A DNA stretch of 64,000 nt from Candidatus Omnitrophota bacterium (GTDB lineage Bacteria; Omnitrophota; Gorgyraeia; Gygaellales; Profunditerraquicolaceae): contig JAHIKK010000112.1 in the NCBI GenBank assembly GCA_018897555.1, forward strand, positions 12,275-76,274. The letters run 5' to 3'. Each line of letters opens with the position of its first letter. The first letter of the stretch is position 1. The notes under the pieces are model-generated. The model worked only from the letters and a program-made list of their open reading frames with translations, searched no databases and was not told the origin of the DNA. Of this stretch, positions 27,771 to 40,416 are shown piece after piece. The position numbers and the translations under genes are program-made.

Positions 27771-27923
27771 TTACTTGTCTTTTCCTAAAATCTTGTACAT
27801 CCCGGTGTTGCATTCAGGGCATTTACCTTTCATTGCCGGGCGGCCGTTTTTCATGGTAACCCTCTGTTCATCCTTCATTGTTTTCTTCCCCTTGCATTTT
27901 ACGCAATATCCTGTTTCTGCCAT
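27771..27923 (-). CDS. Small zinc-ribbon protein (50 aa, CxxC...CxxC)
   Basis: MAETGYCVKCKGKKTMKDEQRVTMKNGRPAMKGKCPECNTGMYKILGKDK with AAGGAGG RBS 6 nt upstream; below ORF-track cutoff. Confidence 0.5.
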   Translation of the reverse strand: MAETGYCVKCKGKKTMKDEQRVTMKNGRPAMKGKCPECNTGMYKILGKDK

Positions 27924-28020
27924 TTGTTTCCTCCTTTAAATGATCCCGCCGAATAAGTGTAAGGCGAGACTAGGTTATCATTTTCACTATTCTTAATTTT
28001 AACATAGGAAAATTTTGATG

Positions 28021-29028
28021 TCAAATTATTAATGCTTTTCCTTTCATCGAATGTTTTTCTTCTATTTCACCGACAATCTCTTCCAGTAGATCCTCCAAGG
28101 TGACTAAACCTAAAGCCAACTTATTCTTATCCACAATAATGGCGATCTGCATCTTCTCGGCTTGAAACTTCCTGAGCAGCTCGCTCACCCGCATGGAGCC
28201 TGAAACAAAACAAGCCCCGTGAAGCAGGTCTTGCAAGAGAAATAAGCCTTTCTCGCGCAAGATATACAAAAGATCGCGGGCATAAACTATGCCCACGATA
28301 TTATCCTTGCTCCCGCTATATACCGGAAGCCGGGCATGCCCTTCCTCCACAAAGATATTCAGCAAGTCATCGGAATTAGTATTAATGTTTACCGCGATGA
28401 TTTTATCCTGGGAGACCATGACATCGGTAAGTTTAGTCTCTCCGAATTCAAAGATACGGTGGAGCATCTTGCGTTCCTCTTCGCTTAAAACCCCCTCTTC
28501 CTGGCCCATTTCAATCATGGTTTTTAGTTCTTCCACCGTAATCAGAGGAGACCTCTTAATGCCCTGTGCCCCGAATATTTTTAAAATAAAATTACTGATC
28601 CCGATAAAAAATACGATGAAAGGCTTTAAAATTATTAGCACCACCTCCATCAAGGGCGCAGTAAACAGGGAAACCTTTTCCGCGTGCTTGGCGGAAAGTA
28701 TTTTGGGAGTCACTTCGCAAAAAATAAGTAAAAATAAAGTTGTCACAAAAGTAGAGGCCACTACGCCCCAACGATACCCATAAATCTGGACGAATATCCC
28801 GGTGACAATCGATGAAACAGCAATATTCACCAGATTATTGCCGATAAGTATGGCGGCGATCACCTTGTCCAATTTCAGCACTAACCGCTGGACACTCTGG
28901 GCGCGCTTGACCCCCTGCTGCAGCATATGGCGCAGCCGGATCTTACTTAATCCGATAATCGCCGTCTCCGACGCCGAAAAAAAGAAAGAAAACACCGCTA
29001 AAATTAATAAAATTAATAAAATGGCCAT
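28021..29028 (-). CDS. CNNM/CorC-HlyC family transporter-associated protein (DUF21 + CBS pair)
   Basis: N-terminal 4-TM DUF21 domain, tandem CBS domains. Confidence 0.7.
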   Translation of the reverse strand: MAILLILLILAVFSFFFSASETAIIGLSKIRLRHMLQQGVKRAQSVQRLVLKLDKVIAAILIGNNLVNIAVSSIVTGIFVQIYGYRWGVVASTFVTTLFLLIFCEVTPKILSAKHAEKVSLFTAPLMEVVLIILKPFIVFFIGISNFILKIFGAQGIKRSPLITVEELKTMIEMGQEEGVLSEEERKMLHRIFEFGETKLTDVMVSQDKIIAVNINTNSDDLLNIFVEEGHARLPVYSGSKDNIVGIVYARDLLYILREKGLFLLQDLLHGACFVSGSMRVSELLRKFQAEKMQIAIIVDKNKLALGLVTLEDLLEEIVGEIEEKHSMKGKALII

Positions 29029-29030
29029 CT

Positions 29031-30299
29031 TTATCCTAAATTCAGTTTACCGTAAATCTGTTTTTCGCTTTTCTGCAGCGGACCGATAAGGGCGAGGTTA
29101 ATAATTTCATTCTTAAATATTTGCCCGGCTATTGCCCGGACATCCTCCGGGTGAACCTTATTTACCTCTTTAATAATCTGCTCTAAAGAATACACTTTAT
29201 CTAAACAGGCAACACTCTCCCCCATCCAGAGCATATACTCCATAGTATCCTCCAGCGCCAAACTCAACTGCCCTAAGTAAAACTCTTTTGCCCGCTTAAA
29301 TTCATCCTTAGTCACCAGGGATTTTTTGATCTTACCCAATTCCTGAAAGATTAATCCCAGGCAATCCGAGACTTTATGATTATCAATCCCGGCGTGCACT
29401 AAGAATACTCCGGTATCTTGATAGCGCTTAAGCCCGCTGCCGATCTCATAAGCTAACCCTCTTTTTTCCCGGACTTCATTAAAAAGCCGGCTAGACATAT
29501 TTGCGCCTAAAATTATATGCAAAATTGCCTGGGCATGCCTTAAAGAGTGATCGCGCTTTAAAGCATGGAAACCTAAAGCCATATGGGTCTGCTCGGTATC
29601 TTTAGGGAAAATCTTTAGCTGCGGTTTATCCTGACACTGTTGAGCTTGAGGAAAGGTATTTAATTGGTTGCTCTCTAGCGGTGAAAAAATAGCCGAAACC
29701 TTCTTTACCAACAGATCATGATCCAACAAACCTGCCGCGCTAATTACAATATTCGCCGGAGTATAGTGATTGGATTGAAAAGATTTTAAAACATTCCGGC
29801 TAATATTATTTACGGTTTCCACCGTCCCGATTACCGGTGAACCCAAAGCCTGGCTTGGCCAAAGCAGTTCATCCAGTAATTCATAGACATAACTTTGCGG
29901 AAGATCCCGGTACATTTTTAATTCTTCCAAAACTACCGTTTTCTCTTTTTCGATATCCGCCGGCGCCAAACACGGATTATTTACCATGTCCGATAAAATA
30001 TCTAAAGCGCTTACCAAATAACGATGGGGAATCTTAACCAGATAACAAGTGTGTTCCTCAGAAGTAAAACCATTTAATAAGCCGCCTACTCCTTCGATTG
30101 ATTCTTTGATCGCCCGGCAAGAGTATTTTTTACTGCCCTTAAAAAGTAAATGTTCCAGAAAATGCGAAATACCTTTTTGCTCGCCCGGCTCATAACGGCT
30201 GCCGATATTAATCCAGATCCCCAAAGATACGGATTGCACGTTGCTTGAACGTTTAGTGATTATTCTTAACCCATTATTCAACTTCTGCCTTTTATACAT
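29031..30299 (-). CDS. M16-family zinc peptidase (pitrilysin-like)
   Basis: HFLEHLLFKG inverted HxxEH zinc-binding motif. Confidence 0.8.
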   Translation of the reverse strand: MYKRQKLNNGLRIITKRSSNVQSVSLGIWINIGSRYEPGEQKGISHFLEHLLFKGSKKYSCRAIKESIEGVGGLLNGFTSEEHTCYLVKIPHRYLVSALDILSDMVNNPCLAPADIEKEKTVVLEELKMYRDLPQSYVYELLDELLWPSQALGSPVIGTVETVNNISRNVLKSFQSNHYTPANIVISAAGLLDHDLLVKKVSAIFSPLESNQLNTFPQAQQCQDKPQLKIFPKDTEQTHMALGFHALKRDHSLRHAQAILHIILGANMSSRLFNEVREKRGLAYEIGSGLKRYQDTGVFLVHAGIDNHKVSDCLGLIFQELGKIKKSLVTKDEFKRAKEFYLGQLSLALEDTMEYMLWMGESVACLDKVYSLEQIIKEVNKVHPEDVRAIAGQIFKNEIINLALIGPLQKSEKQIYGKLNLG

Positions 30300-31077
30300 T
30301 TAACCTTCCTACAAAGCTGCCTACTCTTTGTACTAAATTACGTTTGCCTATATTTTCTTTGATCTTGGCGACAATCGCGCTGCCGATAATTACTCCGTCA
30401 GAAATCTTCGAAACTTCTTTTACCTGGGCCGCGCTGGAAATACCAAATCCTACGCAAACCGGTTTAGAAGTTAATTTTTTTATCCTTAACAGATTAGCTT
30501 TAAGGTCCGCGCTTAAATTATCGCGGCTACCGGTTACCCCTGTCAAAGAGACATAATAAATAAAACCTTTGCCGGCTTTAGATATTAATTTGATCCGCGC
30601 GTTGGAACTGGTTGGAGCAACAAAACAAATATTAGCCAGGACTTTTTGGTTAGCGTAACGAATAAAATCTTTTGCTTCCTCAAGCGGTAAATCCGGGATA
30701 ATTACCCCGTCAACTCCGGCGGCTGTGGCTTTATCAATGAACCGCCTGTCTCCGAAACAAAAAACAGGGTTGTAATAAGTCATTAAACATATCGGCAGGC
30801 TGACCTGCTTACGTAATTTCTTCACTAAATCTAAAATCTTAGGCAGGCTAGTTCCCTTTTTAAGTGAATATCCGGAAGCCTCCTGGATTACCGGGCCGTC
30901 AGCCAGGGGTTCTGAAAAAGGCACCCCCAATTCAATTATATCTGTGCCTCTTTTTTCAAGTTCGATCATTAGTTTAGCGGTTGTCGGTAAATCCGGATAA
31001 CCCGCAGTTATAAAAGCAATGAATGCTTTCCTGCCCTGTTTCTTTAATTGAATGAATTTCTTATCAATGCGATTCAT
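30292..31077 (-). CDS. trpA: Tryptophan synthase alpha chain
   Basis: TrpA fold, [17 protein letters not shown] motif. Confidence 0.9.
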   Translation of the reverse strand: MNRIDKKFIQLKKQGRKAFIAFITAGYPDLPTTAKLMIELEKRGTDIIELGVPFSEPLADGPVIQEASGYSLKKGTSLPKILDLVKKLRKQVSLPICLMTYYNPVFCFGDRRFIDKATAAGVDGVIIPDLPLEEAKDFIRYANQKVLANICFVAPTSSNARIKLISKAGKGFIYYVSLTGVTGSRDNLSADLKANLLRIKKLTSKPVCVGFGISSAAQVKEVSKISDGVIIGSAIVAKIKENIGKRNLVQRVGSFVGRLNV

Positions 31078-32275
31078 GCAGATCCTTATCCCCTCTTCCG
31101 GAGAGGCACAGAATAACTATAGCGTTCTTCTTAATCGACCTTCCGGCTTTTTTCAAATAGGCAATCGCATGCGCGGATTCCAATGCCGGAATTATCCCTT
31201 CCACCTTAGATAACAACTTAAATCCTTCCAAGGCTTCCTTATCCGTAATGGCGACATAATCCGCCCGCTTTATTTCTTGATAATAGGCATGCTCCGGGCC
31301 AACCCCCGGATAGTCCAGGCCGGCGGCAACAGAATGAGCATTTTTAATCTGGCCGAATTTATCTTCTAAAATTTTTGACTTGGAGCCATGCAAAACTCCG
31401 ATAGAGCCATACTCCAGGCTGGCGGAATGTTTTCCCGAAGAGATCCCTAAGCCCGCAGCTTCCACCCCGATCATTTTTACCTTGGAATCATTAAAAAAAG
31501 GATGGAATAACCCCAGGGCATTACTGCCGCCGCCAACACAAGCAACCAGATAATCCGGCAGGCGATTTTCCTGCTTTAAAATTTGAGCCCTGGCCTCATC
31601 TCCGATCACGCGTTGAAAATTACGCACCATTTCCGGATAAGGATGCGGCCCGGCAACTGTGCCGATAACATAATAGGTATCCCGCACATTGGTTACCCAA
31701 TCGCGCAAAGCTTCAGTCATCGCGTCTTTTAAGGTCCGGGTTCCGCTTTTAACACTGATTACCCGCGCCCCGAGCAATTTCATACGCATAACATTTAAAG
31801 CCTGGCGATGAATATCCTCTTCTCCCATATAAACATCGCACTTTAATCCGAATAAAGCAGCCACCGTAGCCGTAGCTACTCCATGCTGGCCTGCCCCCGT
31901 CTCGGCAATCAATCTTTTTTTACCCATCCTCACCGCTAAAAGCACCTGGCCCAAAGTGTTATTAATTTTATGCGCACCGGTATGCAAGAGATCTTCTCTT
32001 TTTAAATAAACCTTCTGAATGCCTAAATACCGGCTTAAGTTTTCTGCCAGATAAAGCGGGGTAGGCCGTCCGGCGTATTCACGCAAATAAAAAGCAAGCT
32101 GGCTGGCAAATTTTTTATCCTGCTTAGCCCGGGAATATTCTTTAGTTAATTCATCCAAAGCATAAATCAGTGTCTCCGGAACAAACCTTCCGCCAAAAAC
32201 ACCAAAGTGCCCGGTTTTATCAGGCAGTTTATTTTGCCTTAAGTATTTTTTTTGAATAAAAATAGATTTTTTCAT
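31064..32275 (-). CDS. trpB: Tryptophan synthase beta chain
   Basis: PLP-dependent Trp[10 protein letters not shown] motif. Confidence 0.95.
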   Translation of the reverse strand: MKKSIFIQKKYLRQNKLPDKTGHFGVFGGRFVPETLIYALDELTKEYSRAKQDKKFASQLAFYLREYAGRPTPLYLAENLSRYLGIQKVYLKREDLLHTGAHKINNTLGQVLLAVRMGKKRLIAETGAGQHGVATATVAALFGLKCDVYMGEEDIHRQALNVMRMKLLGARVISVKSGTRTLKDAMTEALRDWVTNVRDTYYVIGTVAGPHPYPEMVRNFQRVIGDEARAQILKQENRLPDYLVACVGGGSNALGLFHPFFNDSKVKMIGVEAAGLGISSGKHSASLEYGSIGVLHGSKSKILEDKFGQIKNAHSVAAGLDYPGVGPEHAYYQEIKRADYVAITDKEALEGFKLLSKVEGIIPALESAHAIAYLKKAGRSIKKNAIVILCLSGRGDKDLHESH

Positions 32276-32889
32276 ATTGATCTTACCGCTTGCATAAACC
32301 TTTTGATCTTCTGGTGGTTCTTTTTCCCGGGCCTTGATTCTAAGGAGCTAGAGGCATCCACCCAATCAGGTTTTAATAATTTAACTGCTTTACGGACATT
32401 CTCCGCGGTTAACCCTCCGGATACAAAGATAACAGGCTCCATTCTAACCGCTTGGGCAAGTATTTTCCAGTTAAATTTATTTCCTGTTCCGCCAAGTTTG
32501 GTTCTGGAAAAACTGTCAAATAAATAAGCAAAAGTTTTATATCTGGATATGCCCTCTAAATCTTCTTTAGCCTTTATTCTAAAGGCCTTGATTACTTTAT
32601 ACCCTTTAAATTTCTGACAGTATTCGGGCGATTCCTGGCCGTGAAACTGCAGAATATCTAAATTACAAAGCTTAGCGATTCTTTTTACTTTCGCCACCTC
32701 CGCATTCACAAAAACTCCCACCCGCTTAATTTTTCGCGGTAAAATTCGCGATATATTTTTTGCTTGCTGCGGGCGGATATAACGCGGGCTTTTATCATAG
32801 AAGACAAATCCAATAGCCTCGGCTCCAAAGAACAATGCCGCCAAAGCATCCTCTAAATTAGTAATCCCGCAAATTTTTACTTTTACCAC
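32272..32889 (-). CDS. trpF: Phosphoribosylanthranilate isomerase
   Basis: [11 protein letters not shown]-terminus typical of TrpF. Confidence 0.85.
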   Translation of the reverse strand: MVKVKICGITNLEDALAALFFGAEAIGFVFYDKSPRYIRPQQAKNISRILPRKIKRVGVFVNAEVAKVKRIAKLCNLDILQFHGQESPEYCQKFKGYKVIKAFRIKAKEDLEGISRYKTFAYLFDSFSRTKLGGTGNKFNWKILAQAVRMEPVIFVSGGLTAENVRKAVKLLKPDWVDASSSLESRPGKKNHQKIKRFMQAVRSI

Positions 32890-33671
32890 CCCATTACCTC
32901 TTCTACTTTATTTTTAATATCCGCTGCCTCCATAAAAGCAGTGCCGATTAATACCGCGCTGGCCCCGAGAATCTTTAAGAACAAAATATCCTGAGAATTT
33001 TTGATCCCGCTCTCCACCACCACTATCTTTTCTTTAGGGATTAAAGTAAATAATTTTTCCGTAGTTTTAAAATCAATCTCCAGCGTGCGCAGATTACGGT
33101 TATTGATTCCGATTATCGGGACCTTTAAACTAAGGACCTTCTTAAGCTCCTTCTCATCATGCACCTCCACCAGATAATCCAGGCCTAAGCTATCGGCAAT
33201 CTGCATTAATTCCAGGAGCTTGTCCTTGGTCAATAAATCCGCAATCAATAAAATTGCATCCGCTCCAAAATAACGGGACTCATAAACCTGATAGCTTTCT
33301 AAAATAAAATCTTTTCTCAAAATCGGAACACTGATGATATTCTTTACCTGGTTTAAATAAGCCAGATTCCCGCTAAAGAAATCCTCCTCCGTTAATACGG
33401 AAACTGCCTGCACCCCCGCCTCCTGGTAAAGCCGGGCAATCTCCTCTAAATTAAAATTCTGGCGGATAATCCCCCTGGAAGGTGAGGCCTGCTTAATTTC
33501 AGCAATCAAACAGATCTGCTTAGGCTTACTGATTGCCTCTTTAAACGGCCGCGTTGCCGGCAAACCGGCTAATTTAGCGATTAAATCTTCCGGGCTAAGC
33601 GCCTGCTTGGCCAAAAGAATTCTTTCTTTCTTTTTTGCCACAATTTGTTTTAAGATATCAGTTTTAGACAT
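32883..33671 (-). CDS. trpC: Indole-3-glycerol phosphate synthase
   Basis: IAEIKQASPSRG and TIM-barrel IGPS signature. Confidence 0.9.
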   Translation of the reverse strand: MSKTDILKQIVAKKKERILLAKQALSPEDLIAKLAGLPATRPFKEAISKPKQICLIAEIKQASPSRGIIRQNFNLEEIARLYQEAGVQAVSVLTEEDFFSGNLAYLNQVKNIISVPILRKDFILESYQVYESRYFGADAILLIADLLTKDKLLELMQIADSLGLDYLVEVHDEKELKKVLSLKVPIIGINNRNLRTLEIDFKTTEKLFTLIPKEKIVVVESGIKNSQDILFLKILGASAVLIGTAFMEAADIKNKVEEVMGW

Positions 33672-33680
33672 ACTAAAGTA

Positions 33681-34688
33681 TTATTGTGAATATTCCTTTA
33701 AGAGCTTAAGTTTTTCCAATGCTGCCCCGGAATCAATGGACTCCTGTGCTAGTTTTATTCCCTTGGCAATCGTATCCGTTTTATCCGCCGCATATATAGC
33801 GCAACCGGCATTAAATAAAACAATATCCCTGCAGCTGCCCGGCTTACCCTTCAAGAGCTCCTGAGTAATCTTTACATTCTCATCGATTGAACCGCCTAAT
33901 AAATCATTTGGGCTTGCCCTCTTAAAACCAAAATCCTCCGGGACAATTTCGTAATCTTTGAGTATCCCGCCGTTAACCTCGGTAACAAAAGTTTTATCCG
34001 TAGTCGTGACTTCATCCAGGCCATCGGCGCCATGTACCACTAAAATATGCTTTGAACCTAAATTGCGCAGAACTTCTGCCAGCGGCCTAACCCACTGCCT
34101 GGCATATACCCCGATTAACTGATTAGTGGCCCGCGCCGGATTAATCAACGGCCCTAAAATATTAAAGATGGTTTTTTGCGCGATTTGTTTTCTTGCCGGC
34201 ATAACATAGCGCATGGCTAAATGTAAATTTGGCGCAAATAAAAAAGCAATCCCTATCTGGACAAGGCATCTTTTAATCTTTTCCGTATCCATGTTAATAT
34301 TAACGCCTAAAGCTTCCAAAATATCCGCGCTGCCGCATTTACTGGATACGGAACGATTACCGTGTTTAGCCACCGTCACCCCGGCGCCGCAGGCGACCAA
34401 CGCGCTAAGGGTTGAAATATTGAATGTTCCTTTTTTATCCCCCCCGGTTCCGCAGGTATCCAGGATGTTGGGTTTATCTACGATAATCGGCTCAACATAT
34501 TTGAGCATGACATTTACCGCCGCCGTTAATTCCGCGACTGTCTCGCCCTTAGCATTTAAAGCCGTTAAAAAAGCGACGATATCCGCGGTAGCAGCCGTGC
34601 CGCTTAGAATCTCCCGCATTACCTGCTGCATCTGCAAGTCAGTTAGATCTTTTTTGCTAAGTAATTGTTTAGTTGAATCTTTGATCAT
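33681..34688 (-). CDS. trpD: Anthranilate phosphoribosyltransferase
   Basis: [17 protein letters not shown] motif. Confidence 0.9.
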   Translation of the reverse strand: MIKDSTKQLLSKKDLTDLQMQQVMREILSGTAATADIVAFLTALNAKGETVAELTAAVNVMLKYVEPIIVDKPNILDTCGTGGDKKGTFNISTLSALVACGAGVTVAKHGNRSVSSKCGSADILEALGVNINMDTEKIKRCLVQIGIAFLFAPNLHLAMRYVMPARKQIAQKTIFNILGPLINPARATNQLIGVYARQWVRPLAEVLRNLGSKHILVVHGADGLDEVTTTDKTFVTEVNGGILKDYEIVPEDFGFKRASPNDLLGGSIDENVKITQELLKGKPGSCRDIVLFNAGCAIYAADKTDTIAKGIKLAQESIDSGAALEKLKLLKEYSQ

Positions 34689-35266
34689 TTAATTTTAATA
34701 AAATTATCCAGTATGGCTTTACCGCTTTTAGTGAGTATAGATTCCGGGTGAAACTGCACCCCCCAGAGAGGGAATTTTTTATGTTTTAACCCCATGATTT
34801 CAGATTCTTTTGTCCAGGCGGTTATCTCCAGGCAATCCGGTAGGCTTTTCTTCTCCACCAATAAAGAATGATAACGCGTGGCCAAAAACGGATTGGGAAT
34901 ATTTTTAAAAATTTCTTTTTTATTATGATAAATTTTGGAGGTCTTGCCATGCATCAGCCTCTTCGCCTGCACGATTTTGCCGCCAAAAACATAACCGATT
35001 GCCTGATGCCCCAGGCAAACTCCCAAAATAGGAATTTTTCCGCAAAACTCTTCTATCACCGCGCAGGAAATACCCGCGTCTTCCGGCCTGCCTGGCCCCG
35101 GAGAAATAACTATTTCCTGCGGATTAAGTTTCTTAATCTCCTTAAGCGTTAGCGCGTCATTCCGGTAAACCAAAACCCGCTGCCCTAATTCTCCTAAATA
35201 CTGCACCAGGTTATAAGTAAAGGAGTCATAGTTATCGATCATTAAAATCATTCTTCTTCTCTCCAA
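34685..35266 (-). CDS. trpG: Anthranilate synthase component II / aminodeoxychorismate synthase glutamine amidotransferase
   Basis: Class I glutamine amidotransferase (GVCLGHQ catalytic Cys). Confidence 0.85.
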   Translation of the reverse strand: MERRRMILMIDNYDSFTYNLVQYLGELGQRVLVYRNDALTLKEIKKLNPQEIVISPGPGRPEDAGISCAVIEEFCGKIPILGVCLGHQAIGYVFGGKIVQAKRLMHGKTSKIYHNKKEIFKNIPNPFLATRYHSLLVEKKSLPDCLEITAWTKESEIMGLKHKKFPLWGVQFHPESILTKSGKAILDNFIKIK

Positions 35267-36510
35267 ACTTTAGCGCCCAAATTAATCAACTTTTTTTCGA
35301 TAAATTCATATCCCCGCTCCAAGTGATAAATCCTGGAAATGGATGTCTTCCCGCGCGCCGCTAACCCGGCTAAAACTAAGCCGGCAGAAGCCCGCAAGTC
35401 GCTGGCCATTACCGGAGCGCCGGATAAACTTTTTATCCCCTCCACAATAGCATGCGGCCCTTCTCTCTGAATATGCGCGCCCATACGATTAAGCTCGGCA
35501 ACATGCATAAACCTGTCCGGATAAATTTTTTCGGTAATTACGCTGATGCCTCCGGTGACTGACATTAAGCTCATCATCTGCGCCTGCATATCCGTGGGAA
35601 ATCCCGGATAGGGAAGCGTAGTAATATTTACCGAGTTTAATTTTTTATTGCCTTTAACCCTTAGCGCTCCATCTACGCGTTCAAAATGCGCGCCAGCTTC
35701 ATCTAGTTTATCAATTAAAGCTCCCAGATGCTGGTATTGCACGTTTTTAATTAATACATCTCCACCGGTAATTAAAGCCGCTAAAATTAATGTTCCGGCC
35801 TCGATTCGATCGGGAATTATTGAATGCACTGCGCCATGTAAATGTTTTACCCCCTCAATTTCAATCACCGGTGTGCCCTGGCCCTTAATTTTCGCGCCCA
35901 TCTTAATTAAAAACTCCGCCAAATCTACCACTTCCGGCTCGCAGGCCGCAGACTCAATTATCGTTTTACCGGACGCCAGCACCGCAGCCATCATCACATT
36001 ATCCGTAGCTAAAACTGATGAGCCGTAGACTCCGCCCAGATAGATATAAGCGCCGTGCAATTTATTTGCCTTGGCAATCACATAACCTGAATCAATACTA
36101 ATATCCGCGCCCAAAGCCCGGATACCTTTAAGATGCAGGTCCACCGGCCGCACGCCAATCACGCAGCCTCCCGGAAGAGAAACTTTGGCTTTTTTCAATT
36201 TACCTAAAAGCGGGCCCAAAACACAAAATGAAGCACGCATGGTCGAAACTAATTTGTATTCAGCGATATAATTTGTAGCCTTACCCGCGGTAACGTTAAC
36301 CCTGCCTTTATCAAACTCCGCAATCTTGCCTAGGGCGCGTAAGATCTTCAGCATACTATGGGTATCACGCAGATTCGGCACACCTTTAATTACACACGCC
36401 TCATCCGTAAGCAAGGTCGCCGCCAGAATCGGCAACACAGCGTTTTTTGCCCCGGAGACCGTAACCTCGCCTTTTAATTTTGCCCCGCCTTCAATAATCA
36501 GTTTATCCAT
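35248..36510 (-). CDS. murA: UDP-N-acetylglucosamine 1-carboxyvinyltransferase
   Basis: [16 protein letters not shown]... EPSP-synthase fold MurA. Confidence 0.95.
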   Translation of the reverse strand: MDKLIIEGGAKLKGEVTVSGAKNAVLPILAATLLTDEACVIKGVPNLRDTHSMLKILRALGKIAEFDKGRVNVTAGKATNYIAEYKLVSTMRASFCVLGPLLGKLKKAKVSLPGGCVIGVRPVDLHLKGIRALGADISIDSGYVIAKANKLHGAYIYLGGVYGSSVLATDNVMMAAVLASGKTIIESAACEPEVVDLAEFLIKMGAKIKGQGTPVIEIEGVKHLHGAVHSIIPDRIEAGTLILAALITGGDVLIKNVQYQHLGALIDKLDEAGAHFERVDGALRVKGNKKLNSVNITTLPYPGFPTDMQAQMMSLMSVTGGISVITEKIYPDRFMHVAELNRMGAHIQREGPHAIVEGIKSLSGAPVMASDLRASAGLVLAGLAARGKTSISRIYHLERGYEFIEKKLINLGAKVWREEE

Positions 36511-37292
36511 TTATCCATTCCTTTTTTGGCCAAAACTGCGCGTTGGATATTATTATAATCCTTAATTATTTTTATATCACTGAAATTTTTCTCTTCCAGC
36601 ATCACTCTCACCGCTTTAGCCTGCCCGGACCCTACCTCAAAAGCCAATAAACCGTTATTGCGCAAATGAACTGTTGACCGGCTGATTATCGAACGATAAA
36701 AATCCAAACCATCAATACCTGCCGCCAGGGCCAGAACCGGCTCAAAAGATATCTCTTTAGCCAAACCCGCCAACTCTCCCGCGGATATATAAGGAGGATT
36801 ACTGATAATTAAATCAAATTTTTTATTTTTAAGCCCGCTAAAAAGATCCATGCGTAAAAATTTAACCTCTACTTTATTTAAACGGGCATTCTCGCCTGCC
36901 AGCTGCAAAGCCTCATCCGATATATCGATAGCCCAAACAAATGCCCGGGGCAATAGCTTAGCGATGGATACGGCAATACAGCCTGAACCTGTGCCCAGAT
37001 CAAGAATCTCGGGAGACACTTTATCCTCTGCCTTTAATTCTGCTATAGCCGACTCAACTAAAATCTCTGTTTCCGGGCGGGGAATCAACGCACGCTGATC
37101 AACCTTAAACTCCAAGCCCATGAATTCGCATGATCCTAAAATATACTGCAACGGCTCACCCATTATCCTGCGCTTTAATATCCGGGATACTTGGGCGGAT
37201 TTATCTCTATCTAAACGCGCCTCTTTATTCAGATATAAAGATAGCCGGCCGCAATTTAAAACATGGCTATAAACTAACTCCGCTTCATTCAT
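36498..37292 (-). CDS. prmC: Release factor glutamine methyltransferase
   Basis: NPPY motif (IISNPPYI) and SAM-binding [10 protein letters not shown]. Confidence 0.85.
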   Translation of the reverse strand: MNEAELVYSHVLNCGRLSLYLNKEARLDRDKSAQVSRILKRRIMGEPLQYILGSCEFMGLEFKVDQRALIPRPETEILVESAIAELKAEDKVSPEILDLGTGSGCIAVSIAKLLPRAFVWAIDISDEALQLAGENARLNKVEVKFLRMDLFSGLKNKKFDLIISNPPYISAGELAGLAKEISFEPVLALAAGIDGLDFYRSIISRSTVHLRNNGLLAFEVGSGQAKAVRVMLEEKNFSDIKIIKDYNNIQRAVLAKKGMDKWIN

Positions 37293-38358
37293 TCTTTTTC
37301 TCTGATTCTGCTTTTAATAAAGCCTCAAAAAGCTCATCCATCTGCCCCTCTAAAACCGCCTCTAATTGATGCGCGGTAAAATTAATCCGGTGGTCCGTAA
37401 CCCGGCGGTCCGGAAAATTATAAGTCCGGATCTTTTCGCTGCGGTCTCCGGTGCCAATCTGGGTTTTTCTGGCGCTGGATAATCTTTTTGCCTCCTCCTC
37501 GACTTTTACCTCTAAGATCCGGGCGCGTAAAACTCTCATCGCCTTGGCTCTATTCTTGATCTGTGAACGCTCATCCTGGCAAGCAACTACCGTGCCGGTA
37601 GGAAGATGGGTAATCCTTACGGCTGAATCCGTCTTCTGCATATGCTGGCCACCCGGGCCGCTGGAGCGATAAGTATCAATCCTTAAATCTTTTGGTTCGA
37701 TAACTAAATCGATCTCTTCCGGCTCCACCAATACTGCCACCGTAGCCGTAGAAGTATGAATCCGGCCTTGCGCCTCAGTCGTAGGAACCCGCTGCACGCG
37801 ATGCACGCCGCTTTCGAATTTCAAACAACGAAAAGAATCCTTGCCCTTTACGCTAAAAACTATCTCTTTAATTCCGCCGGCTTCGTTAATACTGGAGTAC
37901 ATCGGTTCAATTACCCAGCCTTTATAATCAGCATATTTGGAATACATCCGATAGAGTACCGCCGCAAAAAGCCCTGCCTCATCCCCTCCGGTGCCCTGCC
38001 GGATTTCAACAATGCAATTACGGCCGGCGTCTTTATCTTCACCGGCCAGGATTTTTTTTAATTCCGATTCTGTATCTGTTTTTTTGGCTTGCAGGTTTTT
38101 AAGTTCTTCCTGCGCCAACTCCAGAAAATCCTGTTCATGCTTTCCGGATAACACACCCTCTAAGTCACTTATCTCTTTAAGCAAATTTTTGTAGCCGCGG
38201 AATATAGAAACTACGTCTTTGATATCAGAAAGCTCTTTGGCCAGTTTATTATATTGCTGGCGGTCAACAATCTGTTCGTGGCTGCCTAAAAGATACTCCA
38301 GCTCCTGATAACGCGCAGTTAGTTTCTCTAACTGCTCATACATTTTATTTTTTACCAT
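37285..38358 (-). CDS. prfA: Peptide chain release factor 1
   Basis: GGQ motif ([23 protein letters not shown]) and RF-1 PxT-type domain; precedes prmC. Confidence 0.95.
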   Translation of the reverse strand: MVKNKMYEQLEKLTARYQELEYLLGSHEQIVDRQQYNKLAKELSDIKDVVSIFRGYKNLLKEISDLEGVLSGKHEQDFLELAQEELKNLQAKKTDTESELKKILAGEDKDAGRNCIVEIRQGTGGDEAGLFAAVLYRMYSKYADYKGWVIEPMYSSINEAGGIKEIVFSVKGKDSFRCLKFESGVHRVQRVPTTEAQGRIHTSTATVAVLVEPEEIDLVIEPKDLRIDTYRSSGPGGQHMQKTDSAVRITHLPTGTVVACQDERSQIKNRAKAMRVLRARILEVKVEEEAKRLSSARKTQIGTGDRSEKIRTYNFPDRRVTDHRINFTAHQLEAVLEGQMDELFEALLKAESEKKNE

Positions 38359-38545
38359 ATTTCTTGATGAATTTATCCACGCGGCCGGCAGAATCCACTA
38401 ACTTTTGTTTTCCGGTAAAAAATGGATGGCATTTTGAACAAATCTCAACCCGGATACTGGGCTTCGTTGACCTGGTGTGCACCGTCTCACCGCAAGCGCA
38501 AACAATGGTACTCTCTTTGTAATTGGGATGAACCTTATCTTTCAT
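38345..38545 (-). CDS. rpmE: 50S ribosomal protein L31
   Basis: 66 aa, HPNYK...CxCG...[11 protein letters not shown]31 signature. Confidence 0.9.
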   Translation of the reverse strand: MKDKVHPNYKESTIVCACGETVHTRSTKPSIRVEICSKCHPFFTGKQKLVDSAGRVDKFIKKYGKK

Positions 38546-38560
38546 TTCTTTTCTCCTTTT

Positions 38561-39820
38561 TTATTTCTGATTCATACTGTTTAAGAACTCTTCGTTATTC
38601 TTTGTCTTTCCCAGCTTTTCAATCAATAACTCCATCGCCTCCACATTATTTAACTCATTTAAAACTTTGCGTAATATCCAGGTTTTTGACAACACATCCG
38701 GTTTGACCAGGAGTTCCTCATGGCGGGTATTGGAACGCTTAATATCAATAGCCGGATAAATCCTGCGCTGAAAGAGATTACGATCCAGCTGGATTTCCAT
38801 ATTCCCCGTTCCTTTAAACTCTTCGAAGATAACTTCATCCATCCGGCTTCCCGTATCGACTAAAGCCGTAGCAATAATGGTCAAGCTTCCGCCTTCATCT
38901 ACCGCGCGCGCCGCCCCAAAGAATCTCTTGGGTTTCTGCAGGGCATTAGAATCAATACCTCCGGAAAGAACCTTGCCGCTATGCGGAACCACGGAGTTAT
39001 AGGCCCGGGCTAAACGCGTGATGCTGTCTAAAAGGACGACCACATCGCGTTTATGTTCCACCAGGCGCTTGGCCTTCTCTAAAACTATCTCGGCAACCTG
39101 CACGTGGCGTTCCGGCGGCTCATCAAAGGTAGATGAGATTACTTCACCTTTAACATTACGCTGCATATCCGTAACTTCTTCCGGCCGCTCATCGATCAAC
39201 AGGACAATTAGAATTACATCCGGATTATTACTGGTAATGGCATTAGCGATCTTCTGCAAAAGAACAGTTTTACCGCTATAGGGCTGAGCAACAATCAGGC
39301 CGCGCTGGCCTTTACCGATGGGAGTAAGCAACCCCATGATGCGCATAGATAACTCATCCGGTTTAGTCTCCATATTAAACGGCTCACGCGGATAAACCGG
39401 AGTAAGATTGTCAAAAAGCACCTTTTCTTTTACCTCCTCGGGATTCTCAAAATTCACCGCCTCCACCTTAAGTAAAGCAAAATATTTTTCTCCTTCCTTA
39501 GGCGGACGGATCTGGCCGCTGACCGTATCCCCCGTGCGCAATTCAAATTTCCTGATCTGCGACGGAGAGATATAAATATCATCCGGGCAGGGAAGATAAT
39601 TATAATTCGGGCTGCGCAGGAAACCAAATCCTTCAGAAAGGATCTCCAGCACCCCTTCCCCGAACATCAACCCTTCCTTTTCCGCCTGAGCCTGAAGTAT
39701 TTTAAAAATCAGATCCTGCTTTTTTAAACCGCTGGTACCGCTGGCATTTAAATCTTTAGCCAGCTTATTCAACTCACCAATCTTCATCTCTTTAAGATTT
39801 TTAATATCTAACTTTTCCAC
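38561..39820 (-). CDS. rho: Transcription termination factor Rho
   Basis: N-terminal domain, CSD RNA-binding, RecA-like ATPase (GKTVLLQ). Confidence 0.95.
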   Translation of the reverse strand: MEKLDIKNLKEMKIGELNKLAKDLNASGTSGLKKQDLIFKILQAQAEKEGLMFGEGVLEILSEGFGFLRSPNYNYLPCPDDIYISPSQIRKFELRTGDTVSGQIRPPKEGEKYFALLKVEAVNFENPEEVKEKVLFDNLTPVYPREPFNMETKPDELSMRIMGLLTPIGKGQRGLIVAQPYSGKTVLLQKIANAITSNNPDVILIVLLIDERPEEVTDMQRNVKGEVISSTFDEPPERHVQVAEIVLEKAKRLVEHKRDVVVLLDSITRLARAYNSVVPHSGKVLSGGIDSNALQKPKRFFGAARAVDEGGSLTIIATALVDTGSRMDEVIFEEFKGTGNMEIQLDRNLFQRRIYPAIDIKRSNTRHEELLVKPDVLSKTWILRKVLNELNNVEAMELLIEKLGKTKNNEEFLNSMNQK

Positions 39821-40416
39821 AACTGCCTCCGTATTTTAGAAACTTGTTTCTGGGTTTTGGTTACCTGGCCGCTATTATCTATGATAAAATCCGCAAAGCG
39901 CGATTTTGCTTTTTGCGAAATCTGGGATTTCATTCTCAAAACTACCTGTTTTTTTGCCAACCCTAAACTCTTCTGGCTGCGTAAAATCTGCTGCTGCCTA
40001 CTGGCAGTTACTACAATCAACTTATCCACCATCCGGGTTAATCCTGCCTCAATAATTAAAGCCGCATCCAGAACGATAATTCTCTTTTTTGTTTTACGGA
40101 TACGCCGCTTGATCTGCCGGATTAACTCCGGATGCACAATACTATTCAGCTTAGTTAAAGCGGTTTTGTCGGTAAAAACAATTTTTGCTAATTTTTCCCG
40201 GTCAATGGAATTATCCGGCTTAAGGATTCCCCGGCCGAACGATTTTATGATCTTCCTATAAACTCCGGTGCCGCTTAAGATAAGCTCATGCCCCAGGCAA
40301 TCCGCATCAATCAACAGGCAATCTTTATCCTTAAACATACCGGCTACCGTGCTTTTACCGCAGCCGATACAGCCGGTAACCCCTAAAATAAATTTATTTT
40401 TTCTTGGCTTTGCCAT
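39808..40416 (-). CDS. coaE: Dephospho-CoA kinase
   Basis: [14 protein letters not shown]-loop; start trimmed to MAKPRKN. Confidence 0.8.
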   Translation of the reverse strand: MAKPRKNKFILGVTGCIGCGKSTVAGMFKDKDCLLIDADCLGHELILSGTGVYRKIIKSFGRGILKPDNSIDREKLAKIVFTDKTALTKLNSIVHPELIRQIKRRIRKTKKRIIVLDAALIIEAGLTRMVDKLIVVTASRQQQILRSQKSLGLAKKQVVLRMKSQISQKAKSRFADFIIDNSGQVTKTQKQVSKIRRQLWKS

